Below, piece after piece: positions 29,088 through 39,227 of a DNA stretch of 64,000 nt. A program made the translations under genes and the position numbers. Every line of letters starts with the position of its first letter. Position 1 is the stretch's first letter. The stretch is from an uncultured Bacilli bacterium (GTDB lineage: Bacteria; Bacillota_I; Bacilli_A; RF39; UBA660). The stretch lies in assembly GCA_947628965.1 (NCBI GenBank), contig CANRBV010000003.1, positions 2,653 through 66,652 of the forward strand. Direction: 5' to 3'. The notes below the pieces were generated by a model. The model ran no database searches. It was not told the DNA's origin and was given only the letters and a program-made list of their open reading frames with translations.

Positions 29088-29609
29088 TCAAGAAATATCC
29101 ACTTTGCTTACAATTAAATTTGACACAAATTTTAAAAATAAACTCGTTTCTTCTTTAATAGGTTCTTTACTATATAAAAGTAAAAGCCCTAAACAATCTG
29201 TGGAAGAAATAATTGGTTGAATAAAAAAGTAGCCATTTACCTCTTCCTTATTAAAAGTATATGTTTGTAATTCGTTTTTTACAACACTTTCACGATTATG
29301 GATATATCCAAGTAACTTTTTATCTAGTTCCGTATTCAAAAATTCTGGAAATTGATTAGAATAAACTACCCGATCACGATCCGTTACAATTAAATTCATA
29401 TCATACACACTTGTTACGAGTTCACAAATCATTCCGATAGTGTCACGATAATCTTTTATTTTAGAGTATTTTTTTAAAATGACACGGTCATCTTCAACAA
29501 AGATTTCTAAATTTTCTCCTTCACGAATTCCTAAGTGGCGGCGTATCTCCTTTGGTAAAACAATTCTTCCTAATTCATCAATTCTACGAATAACACCCGT
29601 TGACTTCAA
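29088..29609 (-). CDS. spoVT: Stage V sporulation protein T (AbrB-family N-domain + GAF-like C-domain)
   Basis: MKSTGVIRRIDELGRIVLPKEIRRHLGIREGE is an AbrB/SpoVT swapped-hairpin N-domain. The 173-aa length and position next to mfd match Bacillus. Confidence 0.7.
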   Translation of the reverse strand: MKSTGVIRRIDELGRIVLPKEIRRHLGIREGENLEIFVEDDRVILKKYSKIKDYRDTIGMICELVTSVYDMNLIVTDRDRVVYSNQFPEFLNTELDKKLLGYIHNRESVVKNELQTYTFNKEEVNGYFFIQPIISSTDCLGLLLLYSKEPIKEETSLFLKFVSNLIVSKVDIS

Positions 29610-29688
29610 AGTATCACAACTCCTCTACAAAATTAGTTTGGATAATTTAAGAGGAAATATGCGAGGAAAGATGCTATACTTTAAAATT

Positions 29689-32600
29689 TTATTGTTCTTC
29701 TATATCCCTTAAAATAAGTTCTAACAATGGAACAAAAGAATATAAGAAATGCTTTTCGTCTCTTTTAATAAGTAGTGAAATTATAATTTTTTTATTCACA
29801 TATTTAAAAGTAAAGCTTGGATTAAGATTATAAGCCTCAAAAAATAACTTATCCCCTTTTACTAAAGATGAATATTTTTCAGGAATTTCTATTTCTACTA
29901 ATCTTTCAGTTTGTTTAACATTTACAATTTCTAATTTTTTAGCTAATTTTTCAAACCACTCTTCATACATATAGATTTCCATATCTTCAGTAATCTTACC
30001 AAAACGATCCTCTAAAATGCCTTTTATACGATTTAAAGAAGACAAATCTTCTACTTCATTAATTAATTGGTGAATTTCTATTTTCATATCTTCATCAGTA
30101 ACATAATTATCACTAATATGCGTACTTACATTAACTAATGATTTACTATCAGTATCTTCTTCTATCTCTTCTCCATTTAGTCTTTTTATCTCTTCTTCAA
30201 CCATTTTTGTATAAAGAGAAATTCCAACAGTATCAATAAATCCAGCTTGTTCGCTTCCTAAAATATCCCCTGCACCTCGAAGAGACAAATCACGCATAGC
30301 AATTCGATATCCACTACCAAGCTCGGTAAAATCTTTAATTGTTTGTAAACGTTTCACAGCAATATCATTTAAGACCTTTTTATTATCATATAAAAGATAA
30401 GCATATGCAATCTTATCGCTTCTCCCAACACGCCCTCTAATTTGATAAAGTTGACTTAAACCGAAGTGATCCGCATCGTAAATAATTAAAGTATTGGCAT
30501 TTGGAATATCGATTCCTGTTTCAATAATCGTTGTACAAACTAATATATCAAATTCATGAGCGACAAAAGATTCCATAATACCATCTAGATCTTGTTTTGT
30601 CATTTGACCATGAGCAAAAGAAATCTTTGCTTCTGGAACCAATCGATTGAGTTTATTGGAGAATTCTTCAATCGAAGCGACTTTATTATACAAAATAAAT
30701 ATTTGACCATTTCTTGCCAGTTCTTTATAAATTGCATCCTTAACAATTAAATCATTTTCAGCAATCACATACGTTTGCACAGGATAGCGATTCACAGGGG
30801 CTGTATCAATAATGGATAAATCCCTTAAACCACTCATTGCCATTTTCATTGTTCTTGGAATCGGAGTAGCAGATAAAGTAAGAACATTTACATCATTTCG
30901 AAATTGTTTAATTTTTTCTTTATGTGTCACGCCAAAACGTTGTTCCTCATCAACAACAAGTAAACCTAAATCCTTACAAACCACATCATTGCTTAAAAGA
31001 CGATGCGTTCCAAATAAAATATCAATTTTGCCCTTCTTTAAATCTTCTAAAATACGCTTAACATCCTTTTGAGAGGTAAAACGATTCAATAAAGCTATCT
31101 CTATTGGATAAGACGAAAAACGTTGTAAGGCAGCAGTATATTGTTGTTTCGATAATATTGTTGTAGGACATAAATATAAAACTTGTTTATTATTTAAAAC
31201 TGTTTTAAACATTGCTCTAAAAGCAACTTCTGTTTTACCAAATCCCACATCCCCACAAAGTAATCGATCCATAGGTACAGGACTTCTTAAATCTTTTTGA
31301 ACATCCTCAATTGCTTTTAATTGATCTTTTGTCTCTTCATAAGGAAATTCCATTGCAAATAAATCTTCCATAGGATAATCGATATAAGCATTTCCCTTTG
31401 TTTGGTGACGAATCGCATAAAGACGCATTAGTTCTTCAGAAATATCCTTTATTTTCTTTTGCACTTGGCGTTTTTTTAGTTCCCAAGAGGTACTGTTTAA
31501 TTTATTAATTTTTGGCTTTGATCCATCTTTATCTGTATATTTAAAGATGGTAGAGATTTTTTCAACAGGAATGTAGACTTTATCATTTCCTAGATAATTT
31601 ATTTGAATATAATCTTTCTCTAGTAGACCTTGTTTTAAAGTAACAACTCCATTATAAATTCCTATTCCATGGTTTCTATGAACCACATAATCTCCTAAAT
31701 TTAAATTATCCAAAGCATTTATTTTTTTACCAATTTTTAAAGTATTTTTATATTTAATTGTAGATTCATTTACTTGTTCGATATCAAATTCAGACAAAAC
31801 TACAAAATTTTCTATAATAAACCCATGATTCAATTTTTTATTTAAAATATTAATTTCATTTTCCAAAATTTTCTCATTTTTAACCACATGAGCATTTAAA
31901 AATAGTTCTTTAATTTGTTTAATTTGGTTTTCTTTAGATAAGCAAAAAACAATTGTCTTCTTTTGTTTTAAATAACCCATAACCTTTTCTTGCAATAATT
32001 TAAAATCAGACCTAAAATTTTCAATTTCTAAAGAGGAATAGTTTTTAGTTGGATAATCAGTTGTACTTTTATTTTCAATAGTATCTAATAAAACTTGATT
32101 TTTTAGTTTAAAATCTTCTAAAGTATACATATACATAGTTTCCTTAGGAATATGATTACTTTCTTTATATTCTAAAATATCATTTTGTAATTTTTGATAT
32201 GCAACCATGATTTGTTGGTAATCATAGAAAAAAACAATAGGATTTTCTAAATAATCAAGTAAAGAATTATGTCCATTATTTATTACTTCATCAAAAGGAT
32301 AAATAGTAATTTCATTTACTTTTTCTAAAGAAAGTTGTGTATCTTCATCAAAAAAACGGATAGATTCAATAGAATCTCCAAAAAATTCTACACGAACGGG
32401 GTGTTCCAAAAAAGTAGAAAAGATATCTAAAATAAACCCACGAACGGCATAAGTTCCAGTAGAACTTACTAAAGAATCTTTCGTATAGCCATAGTGTTCT
32501 AAATGTGAAAGAATTTCTTCTCTTGTTTTTTCTTCTCCAACTTTTAATTTAAATACCTGTTCTTTTTGATTTTCTTTAAGAGGCAAAAACTTTAAATATC

Positions 32601-32919
32601 CTGTTAAATTGGTAATTACAATATAGCTTTTTTCTTGTATTTTATTTAAAGTTTCTAATCGTTTAATTTTTAAATCTGGAGAAATAGCTAAAGCAACCAT
32701 TGATAAAAAATCATCCATAGGAAAAAGAAGCACATCGTCTGTATATGTACTTAAAAGAGAATAAATTTGATTACTTTCATACAGAGAATTCGTAACAACC
32801 AATAAATGTCCTTTTTGCCTTTTAAAAGCATTTAAAATATAAAGAACATACAACTCCTTTGTAAAACCATTTACTCGTATGTTATAATCACTTGGAAATA
32901 AAGGTTCTAACCAATTCAT
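29689..32919 (-). CDS. mfd: Transcription-repair coupling factor Mfd
   Basis: 1076 aa with superfamily-2 helicase motifs (GDVGFGKTEVA, DEEQRFGV) and a TRCF C-terminal domain. Confidence 0.9.
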   Translation of the reverse strand: MNWLEPLFPSDYNIRVNGFTKELYVLYILNAFKRQKGHLLVVTNSLYESNQIYSLLSTYTDDVLLFPMDDFLSMVALAISPDLKIKRLETLNKIQEKSYIVITNLTGYLKFLPLKENQKEQVFKLKVGEEKTREEILSHLEHYGYTKDSLVSSTGTYAVRGFILDIFSTFLEHPVRVEFFGDSIESIRFFDEDTQLSLEKVNEITIYPFDEVINNGHNSLLDYLENPIVFFYDYQQIMVAYQKLQNDILEYKESNHIPKETMYMYTLEDFKLKNQVLLDTIENKSTTDYPTKNYSSLEIENFRSDFKLLQEKVMGYLKQKKTIVFCLSKENQIKQIKELFLNAHVVKNEKILENEINILNKKLNHGFIIENFVVLSEFDIEQVNESTIKYKNTLKIGKKINALDNLNLGDYVVHRNHGIGIYNGVVTLKQGLLEKDYIQINYLGNDKVYIPVEKISTIFKYTDKDGSKPKINKLNSTSWELKKRQVQKKIKDISEELMRLYAIRHQTKGNAYIDYPMEDLFAMEFPYEETKDQLKAIEDVQKDLRSPVPMDRLLCGDVGFGKTEVAFRAMFKTVLNNKQVLYLCPTTILSKQQYTAALQRFSSYPIEIALLNRFTSQKDVKRILEDLKKGKIDILFGTHRLLSNDVVCKDLGLLVVDEEQRFGVTHKEKIKQFRNDVNVLTLSATPIPRTMKMAMSGLRDLSIIDTAPVNRYPVQTYVIAENDLIVKDAIYKELARNGQIFILYNKVASIEEFSNKLNRLVPEAKISFAHGQMTKQDLDGIMESFVAHEFDILVCTTIIETGIDIPNANTLIIYDADHFGLSQLYQIRGRVGRSDKIAYAYLLYDNKKVLNDIAVKRLQTIKDFTELGSGYRIAMRDLSLRGAGDILGSEQAGFIDTVGISLYTKMVEEEIKRLNGEEIEEDTDSKSLVNVSTHISDNYVTDEDMKIEIHQLINEVEDLSSLNRIKGILEDRFGKITEDMEIYMYEEWFEKLAKKLEIVNVKQTERLVEIEIPEKYSSLVKGDKLFFEAYNLNPSFTFKYVNKKIIISLLIKRDEKHFLYSFVPLLELILRDIEEQ

Positions 32920-32928
32920 AAACTCTCC

Positions 32929-33477
32929 TTACTTATGATATTTATTCATAGTAACTTCTATACCATTTAATATAAAAGAATTGATAATTTCTTGGTACAT
33001 CAAAAAATTTTCTTTCAAAATTTCCATTTCTTCTTTAGAAAATTTTCCTAGTACATAATCAATAGTATCCTTATTTTTATCATGAGATATACCTATTTTT
33101 AAGCGATTAAAACTATCTGTGCCAAGTGAAGCAATAATTGATTTTATGCCATTATGCCCTCCAGAAGAACTATTCTTTTTTAATTTAAACTTTCCAAAAT
33201 CAATATCCAAATCGTCCTGTATAATTAAGATATCCTCAGGTTTAATGTCGTAATACCTTGCGGCTTGTCCCACGGATAATCCAGAATTATTCATAAAAGT
33301 TTGGGGTTTTAAAAATAAAACTTTTTCTGCATCAAGACTATGAATTTGAATTAAGCCATCAAATTTTTTTTGCCAACTATCATTTTTAAGATAAGCATCG
33401 ATGAGCATAAAACCAACATTATGCCTTGTAAAAGTATATTCTTTTCCTGGATTTCCTAAACCAACAATTAACTTCAT
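32929..33477 (-). CDS. pth: Peptidyl-tRNA hydrolase
   Basis: MKLIVGLGNPGKEYTFTRHNVGF is the Pth signature. Confidence 0.9.
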   Translation of the reverse strand: MKLIVGLGNPGKEYTFTRHNVGFMLIDAYLKNDSWQKKFDGLIQIHSLDAEKVLFLKPQTFMNNSGLSVGQAARYYDIKPEDILIIQDDLDIDFGKFKLKKNSSSGGHNGIKSIIASLGTDSFNRLKIGISHDKNKDTIDYVLGKFSKEEMEILKENFLMYQEIINSFILNGIEVTMNKYHK

Positions 33478-34187
33478 TTATAACACCCTCTAAAACATTT
33501 TTGGTACGTCGCTCTATTTTCAATATATAATGGCGCCAAGACTTTCAATGAATTGCTTGCACCTTTTATACATTTTAACAAAACTATAGTAGCACAACCC
33601 GTTTCTTTTGTGTAAACAAATTGCACTTCTTTGACAATAATTTTATATTTTTCACAATAATAAAATATTTCTTCCAAACGTTCTGGTAAGTGTACTAAAT
33701 ATAAAATTCCATGTTCTTTTAACATTTGTTTTACAATTTGAAAAAGACTTTCCAAATCCAAAAAAAGTTCATGCCTAGCAATTGCTTTGTTTTGATTTTC
33801 ATTAATCAGAGAATTATTTTGATATTTAAAATAAGGTGGATTTGCCACTATAACGTCAAAAATATTTCCCGGGAAATAATTTTTTGCATTTTTAACATCA
33901 TCACAAATTAATTTTATTTGATTTTCTTTTTGATTTATTTTAACACTTTCTAAAGCAAGTTCATAAATATATTTCTGTATTTCAAAACCAATAATTTCAT
34001 TTGGAAAATAATAAGATAGAATTAGAGGGACAACTGCATTTCCCGTACAAATATCTAAAACTTTATCCTTTTCTTTTAATTTCACAAATTCTGCAAGCAA
34101 AATAGAATCAAGGGAAAATTTAAAAACTGCATCATCTTGTACAATTTTGTAGTTTTTATAATCATATAGATCATTAATGACTTTCAT
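33474..34187 (-). CDS. SAM-dependent N6-adenine methyltransferase, YabB/TrmN6-like
   Basis: SAM motif DICTGNAV and VIVANPPYFKY (NPPY). Position next to ricT matches B. subtilis yabB. Confidence 0.55.
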   Translation of the reverse strand: MKVINDLYDYKNYKIVQDDAVFKFSLDSILLAEFVKLKEKDKVLDICTGNAVVPLILSYYFPNEIIGFEIQKYIYELALESVKINQKENQIKLICDDVKNAKNYFPGNIFDVIVANPPYFKYQNNSLINENQNKAIARHELFLDLESLFQIVKQMLKEHGILYLVHLPERLEEIFYYCEKYKIIVKEVQFVYTKETGCATIVLLKCIKGASNSLKVLAPLYIENRATYQKCFRGCYK

Positions 34188-34959
34188 TTTTTAAATCCAC
34201 TTCTTTTATTTCATTTCCACAATCTAAACGAATTTTACGATTTAAAATATCAACAGAGACAACTTTTCCGTGAATATCATTCATTGTGACAACATCTCCA
34301 ATTGTGGGAAGTCCTTTTTGAGATTCTAAATAGTTGGCATCCTCGTAGGCAAGACAACACAACAAACGTCCACAACACCCATTAATTTTTGATGGAGTTA
34401 AAGCTAAATTTTGATTTTTTGCCATATTCATGGTAACAGATTCTAATGATTTTAAGAAGGAAGTACAACATAGTTCTCTACCACATTGCCCTATTCCCCC
34501 CACACTACAAGCTTTATCTCTGGCACCAATTTGGTGTAATTCGATACGAGTACGGTAAATGCTTGCTAATTTCCTTGTAAGTTCTCTAAAATCGACACGC
34601 TCATCTGCAGTAAAATTAAATAGTAATTGCTTTTTATCAAAAGTATAATTTGATGATAAAAAGTGCATTTCTAAATGTAAATCATCCGATATTCTTTGAG
34701 CATTTTTTAAGGCGTGCTCTGCGTCTTTTAAATTAGCTAAGTGTTTATTATAGTCTTCTTTTGTAGCAATTCTAATAATATCTTTATAATTATCTATAGC
34801 ATTTAATTTATCATTCTCTATCTTTTCTAATACTTTTCCATATTGTAACCCTTTTTCCGTTTCTACAATGACATACACTCCATTTTTTATTTCTAAATCA
34901 TGAGCATTAAAATAATAAACTTTTCCTCTATCACTAAACTTTACTCCATATATATTCAT
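34174..34959 (-). CDS. ricT: PSP1-domain protein RicT/YaaT
   Basis: The N-terminus VKFSDRGKVYYF and C-terminal Cys cluster are typical of YaaT. Position next to holB matches Bacillus. Confidence 0.7.
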   Translation of the reverse strand: MNIYGVKFSDRGKVYYFNAHDLEIKNGVYVIVETEKGLQYGKVLEKIENDKLNAIDNYKDIIRIATKEDYNKHLANLKDAEHALKNAQRISDDLHLEMHFLSSNYTFDKKQLLFNFTADERVDFRELTRKLASIYRTRIELHQIGARDKACSVGGIGQCGRELCCTSFLKSLESVTMNMAKNQNLALTPSKINGCCGRLLCCLAYEDANYLESQKGLPTIGDVVTMNDIHGKVVSVDILNRKIRLDCGNEIKEVDLKNESH

Positions 34960-35774
34960 GATGCATCCTCCAAACTTAAAACAAAATAATCCAATATTAA
35001 ATTTAAATTGACATTATAATTTAATCGTTCAATAATTTCATTTGTAAGAGTTATTCTTTTTATCAATTCTATTTGAGATAACTTTTCGAATCCATTTTCT
35101 TTTTTATGCTCAGTTAAAATAGCAAGATAAATATTCAAAATAGCTTGAAAAAATTGAACAATTTCTTCTTTCTCTAAATTTTCATCTAGAATACTTTTAT
35201 TATAAACGATACTTAAACCTTTTTCTACCTCTAATTTATAAAGATAATCTTCTGCTAGCTTTACGATTCTTTCATTTATCGGTTCATTTGGTTCTATATA
35301 GTTAGCTTTTACAAATTCACAACGACTTTTAAGTGTCTCAATCACATTTTCTTTGTTATTCGTTATTAAAAACCCTATTATGTATTGTTCAGGTTCTTCT
35401 ATAAATTTAAGCATTGTATTAGCAGATTCTCTATTAAATTTTTCCGCTTCTTCTATAATATAAATATTATATTTTGTTAAATAAGGCTTATATGAAAAGG
35501 CTTTTTTTAAACCTTCCATTTGCTCTTTTTTGATAACTTGTCCATCTGGATAAATAATTTTTAAAGTAGGAAGTGTATCTGTATCTATTAAATGACATAA
35601 ATTACATTTATTACAATCATTTTGAAATTCCTCTGAACAATTCATGATTTTGCATAGTTCTAAAATATCGGTAAGTAAAGATTTTTTATCATTTGTTTCC
35701 ATTAAAAAAACATGAGACATTTTATTCTCATTAAATTTCTGTACTAAATTTTGAATATTTACGTTTTTTATCAA
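34956..35774 (-). CDS. holB: DNA polymerase III subunit delta-prime
   Basis: AAA+ clamp-loader-like, ending with the SRC motif (TLKSRCEFV). Syntenic with ricT. Confidence 0.6.
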   Translation of the reverse strand: MIKNVNIQNLVQKFNENKMSHVFLMETNDKKSLLTDILELCKIMNCSEEFQNDCNKCNLCHLIDTDTLPTLKIIYPDGQVIKKEQMEGLKKAFSYKPYLTKYNIYIIEEAEKFNRESANTMLKFIEEPEQYIIGFLITNNKENVIETLKSRCEFVKANYIEPNEPINERIVKLAEDYLYKLEVEKGLSIVYNKSILDENLEKEEIVQFFQAILNIYLAILTEHKKENGFEKLSQIELIKRITLTNEIIERLNYNVNLNLILDYFVLSLEDAS

Positions 35775-35786
35775 ACTATCACCTAC

Positions 35787-35975
35787 TCATTTTGTTATAA
35801 AAAACATAACTATTAAGGAAACCAAGCCTGGAACTCCTAAAAAAGTAACCGTTCCCAAAGTAAACACATTAATGGGTATTAAAACATTTAATGACGTTGT
35901 ACATAAATTTAAACCATATAGTAATAAAAAAGCAAAAACAAACTTCTTAATTAACATTATTATTTTTTTTCCCAT
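35787..35975 (-). CDS. BofA-like small membrane protein (inhibitor of pro-sigma-K processing family)
   Basis: 62 aa with two TMs. LIPINVFTLGTVTFLGVPGLVSLIV resembles the BofA C-terminus VPINLVTTAISGILGIPGIAALVV. Position after recR matches Bacillus. Confidence 0.45.
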   Translation of the reverse strand: MGKKIIMLIKKFVFAFLLLYGLNLCTTSLNVLIPINVFTLGTVTFLGVPGLVSLIVMFFITK

Positions 35976-36019
35976 TTAAAATCACCTTTATAAAGTATAT
36001 GGGACAAACTATTTATTTA

Positions 36020-36637
36020 TTAATCAGATATTTTTTTACGATCTTCAATAGCTTTATCCAAAGTAATAGTATCCATATAGTCTATATCGGCACCCATTGG
36101 GATTCCATAAGAAAGTCTCGAAATCACAACATTTTTTCCTTCCAGTATTTTTTTAATAAATAAAGTAGTTGTTTCTCCTTCAATATTAGACTTCAAAGCA
36201 AGGATTAATTCAGGATTTTTTAAATTCTCAATTCTTTCCAATAATTTAGGAATGTTGATATCTTCATAGCTTATCCCCTCCGTTGGAGATATTAGTCCAC
36301 CTAAAACATGATAAACTCCTTTAAAATTACCAGTTTTTTCGAAAGTAAAAACGCTTTTATAGTCTTCAAGAACGCAGATAATATTTTTATTTCTACCCTC
36401 ATCACTACAAATATCACAGATTTCTTTATCAGTAATATGGCCACAAATTTTACAAGGTCGTAATTCATTTTTAGCGTCTATCAAATCATTACTTACATTT
36501 GTTATTTCTTCTGTAGGCAGATCAAGCGTTGCTAGTGCCATTCGTTCTGCACTCTTTTCACCAATACCAGGTAATTTTTTATAAAATTCTATAATTGCTT
36601 CTAATTTTTTAGGATAAATCATCTTAGAAAAGTCCAC
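36020..36637 (-). CDS. recR: Recombination protein RecR
   Basis: The helix-hairpin-helix N-terminus, C4 zinc finger CKICGHITDKEICDIC and Toprim domain are present. Confidence 0.9.
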   Translation of the reverse strand: MDFSKMIYPKKLEAIIEFYKKLPGIGEKSAERMALATLDLPTEEITNVSNDLIDAKNELRPCKICGHITDKEICDICSDEGRNKNIICVLEDYKSVFTFEKTGNFKGVYHVLGGLISPTEGISYEDINIPKLLERIENLKNPELILALKSNIEGETTTLFIKKILEGKNVVISRLSYGIPMGADIDYMDTITLDKAIEDRKKISD

Positions 36638-36914
36638 CTAAACTACCAAAAGATCCCATTTTTTCTTCAATGGCCTTATCAATTTGTTGTGTAGCGTCTT
36701 TCGAAGCAAGCACTACCATATCTTCTAGCATTTCAATGTCATCTACATCAATACCTTCTTTAAATTTAATAGAAACCATCTCTTTTTTACCATTTAAAAC
36801 AACTTCTACTAATTCACTTTTACCAGTAAATAAAGTACTATCTATTTCTTCTTTCTTTTTTTGCATATCCCTTTGCATTTTTTGAGCTTGTGCCATTAAA
36901 TTTTGCATATTCAT
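36624..36914 (-). CDS. ebfC: Nucleoid-associated protein YbaB/EbfC
   Basis: 96 aa. The MNMQNLMAQAQKMQRDMQKKKEE N-terminus is typical of the family. Confidence 0.85.
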   Translation of the reverse strand: MNMQNLMAQAQKMQRDMQKKKEEIDSTLFTGKSELVEVVLNGKKEMVSIKFKEGIDVDDIEMLEDMVVLASKDATQQIDKAIEEKMGSFGSLGGLF

Positions 36915-36929
36915 ATTTTTTCCTTCTTT

Positions 36930-38579
36930 CTATTTAATTTCTACCTTTTCTTTATCAAAAATAGAAATTATCTTTTCATAGTCATCATTTTTTTCTACCT
37001 TTTTATTTACTTTATTTTCAATATTTATGGGTTCTTCTAAAATTTGATACTTATATTTTTCTTTTAATTTTTTTACATAATCTTTCTTATATAATTCCCA
37101 TTCATCATTTGTTAGAGCAATAAAATGTTTATTTTTTCTAACAATTTCTGCATATTTTTCTTCAATTATGGTTAAATTTTCATTAAACATATTTACTATA
37201 CTCTCTTGTAAATCTACAACAATGTTGATATCTGGGGAAGAAAGTACAACATCAGCATCAATAATAATTGATTTTACCATATCTGTACTACTTATTTTTT
37301 CATTAAAAATTTTCCAATCCTCTTTACTAGCCAAAAGCAATGATTTATCAGCCTTAGCAAAGCAATTATTTATGCGTACTTTTTTTAATTCCTCTATGTA
37401 ATTGCTTTGTTGTTCCACTTGAATATTATTTTTTGTTTCTGATAAGTTATCTAATTTAGAAACTTTATTTTCTATTTGTTTTGCTTTTGCTTCTTTTATA
37501 GGACTATTATCTACTTTTTCTTTAGATTCTTTTTTTTCTTGTTTCAGACCCTCCTCAGGTATATCTACATTTTTTATTAAAATCAAAAAGATTAGCATAA
37601 AAGGATCTACATTTATATTTATTTTAGCAATAATGTCATTTAGTTCAAATATTGTATCTTTTATTTTTAAATACAAAGTATCATTCTTATCACTTTTATA
37701 TTGCAAAGCTTTTATAAAAAGTTGATCTACTAATTTTTTTATAAATACTTTATAATCTATTGATGATTTATCAATATGATTAAATATATCCTTTATTTGA
37801 TCATATTGATTATTTATAAATGACTCCACAATATTTTTAATTTGAACTAAAGATACTGACCCATAATTATTTAAAACTGTATCTAAATCAATATGTTCAT
37901 TACTTGTATACAATTGATTTAAAATACTTAATGCATCGCGACATCCCCCATCCGATAAGTATGTAATTTCTTCAATTGCTTCATCTGTAATATCAATATT
38001 TTCTTTATTTGCTATATTTCTTAAATGTTCATTTAATTCATCGTCTGAAAGTTTTTTAAAATCATAGCGTTGACACCTTGATAATATAGTAATTGGCACA
38101 CTTTCAATATTTGTAGTAGCAAAAATAAATACAATATGACTAGGAGGTTCCTCTAAAGTTAATAACAAAGCATTAAAAGCTCTTTCAGACAATTCATGTA
38201 CTTCATCAATAATATAAATTTTATATTTACTATATGCTGGAGCTATTTTAACATTGTTAATAAGTTCTCTTATATCATCTACTCCATTATTAGAGGCAGC
38301 GTCTATTTCAATAATATCTGAATTATTAGTATCTAAACAACTGCGACATGTTCCACATGGAACACCATCTTTTGCATTTTCACAATTAATGGTTCGGGCA
38401 AAGATTTTTGCTGTACTTGTTTTTCCTGTACCTCTTGGTCCTGTAAAAATATAAGCATGAGAAATCTTATTATTTTTTACAGCATTCTTAAGCATTGTTA
38501 TTGAATATTTTTGACCAACGATTTCATCAAAAGTAGTTGGTCTATATTTTCTGTATAAAACTTTGTAATCGTTCGTCAT
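36930..38579 (-). CDS. dnaX: DNA polymerase III subunits gamma/tau
   Basis: Walker A GPRGTGKTS, a Zn-binding Cys cluster and SRC motif SRCQRYDF are present. Confidence 0.9.
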   Translation of the reverse strand: MTNDYKVLYRKYRPTTFDEIVGQKYSITMLKNAVKNNKISHAYIFTGPRGTGKTSTAKIFARTINCENAKDGVPCGTCRSCLDTNNSDIIEIDAASNNGVDDIRELINNVKIAPAYSKYKIYIIDEVHELSERAFNALLLTLEEPPSHIVFIFATTNIESVPITILSRCQRYDFKKLSDDELNEHLRNIANKENIDITDEAIEEITYLSDGGCRDALSILNQLYTSNEHIDLDTVLNNYGSVSLVQIKNIVESFINNQYDQIKDIFNHIDKSSIDYKVFIKKLVDQLFIKALQYKSDKNDTLYLKIKDTIFELNDIIAKININVDPFMLIFLILIKNVDIPEEGLKQEKKESKEKVDNSPIKEAKAKQIENKVSKLDNLSETKNNIQVEQQSNYIEELKKVRINNCFAKADKSLLLASKEDWKIFNEKISSTDMVKSIIIDADVVLSSPDINIVVDLQESIVNMFNENLTIIEEKYAEIVRKNKHFIALTNDEWELYKKDYVKKLKEKYKYQILEEPINIENKVNKKVEKNDDYEKIISIFDKEKVEIK

Positions 38580-38623
38580 TATAATCTCCTTTGCTATTTA
38601 ATTATAACATAAAAAAACAATTA

Positions 38624-39055
38624 TTAACGCATATTTTGAAAAAATTTGGATAATAATTGCTGATAATTTTCCTTATCTAAATCATAATTTATTTTTTGTA
38701 ATTTTGTTTTAGTAAAATCATGCTTATAATCTAATTTATCCAATAAATAAAATACATTTCTTATACGGCTTTGTTTAATGATTTCCATACACATTGAACA
38801 AGGCTTTAAAGTTACATATAAATCACAATCGGATAAATTCCATCTTCTTAATTTTTTTGCACTTTTTTTAATAGTTAAAATTTCCGCATGGGCTGTAATA
38901 TCATATTTTTTTTCCTTTTGATTATAAGCCTGGGCAACTATTTTATTATTACGAATTAATAAAGCAGAGACAGGAATTTCACCTTTGTTATATGCTTTAT
39001 TAGCCAATCGAAAAAGTTTGTTTATAATAATATTTTCCTCCATATAATACTTCAC
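38624..39055 (-). CDS. tadA: tRNA-specific adenosine deaminase TadA
   Basis: HAEILTIKKSA (HAE) and the PCSMC zinc-binding motifs are present. Confidence 0.8.
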   Translation of the reverse strand: MKYYMEENIIINKLFRLANKAYNKGEIPVSALLIRNNKIVAQAYNQKEKKYDITAHAEILTIKKSAKKLRRWNLSDCDLYVTLKPCSMCMEIIKQSRIRNVFYLLDKLDYKHDFTKTKLQKINYDLDKENYQQLLSKFFQNMR

Positions 39056-39065
39056 CTAATAAAAA

Positions 39066-39140
39066 AGTGCACACGAATAGAGATTGATATGGCTGCTATC
39101 TTCCGATTCTGACCAAGTTACAATATATTCGTTGCACGTC
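39066..39140 (-). ncRNA. ffs: Small signal recognition particle RNA (4.5S/ffs-like)
   Basis: The minus-strand sequence GGTCAGAATCGGAAGATAGCAGCCA matches the conserved SRP RNA domain IV core GGUCAGGUCCGGAAGGAAGCAGCCA. The flanking GTGCAACGAATAT / ATTCGTGTGCAC segments can pair as the closing helix. Confidence 0.55.
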
Positions 39141-39227
39141 ATAATAATAACAAATTTTGATTAAAATTACAATAGTTCCACGTGAAACTTCTACTAAAAT
39201 GATTATTTTATTGTTTCACGTGAAACA

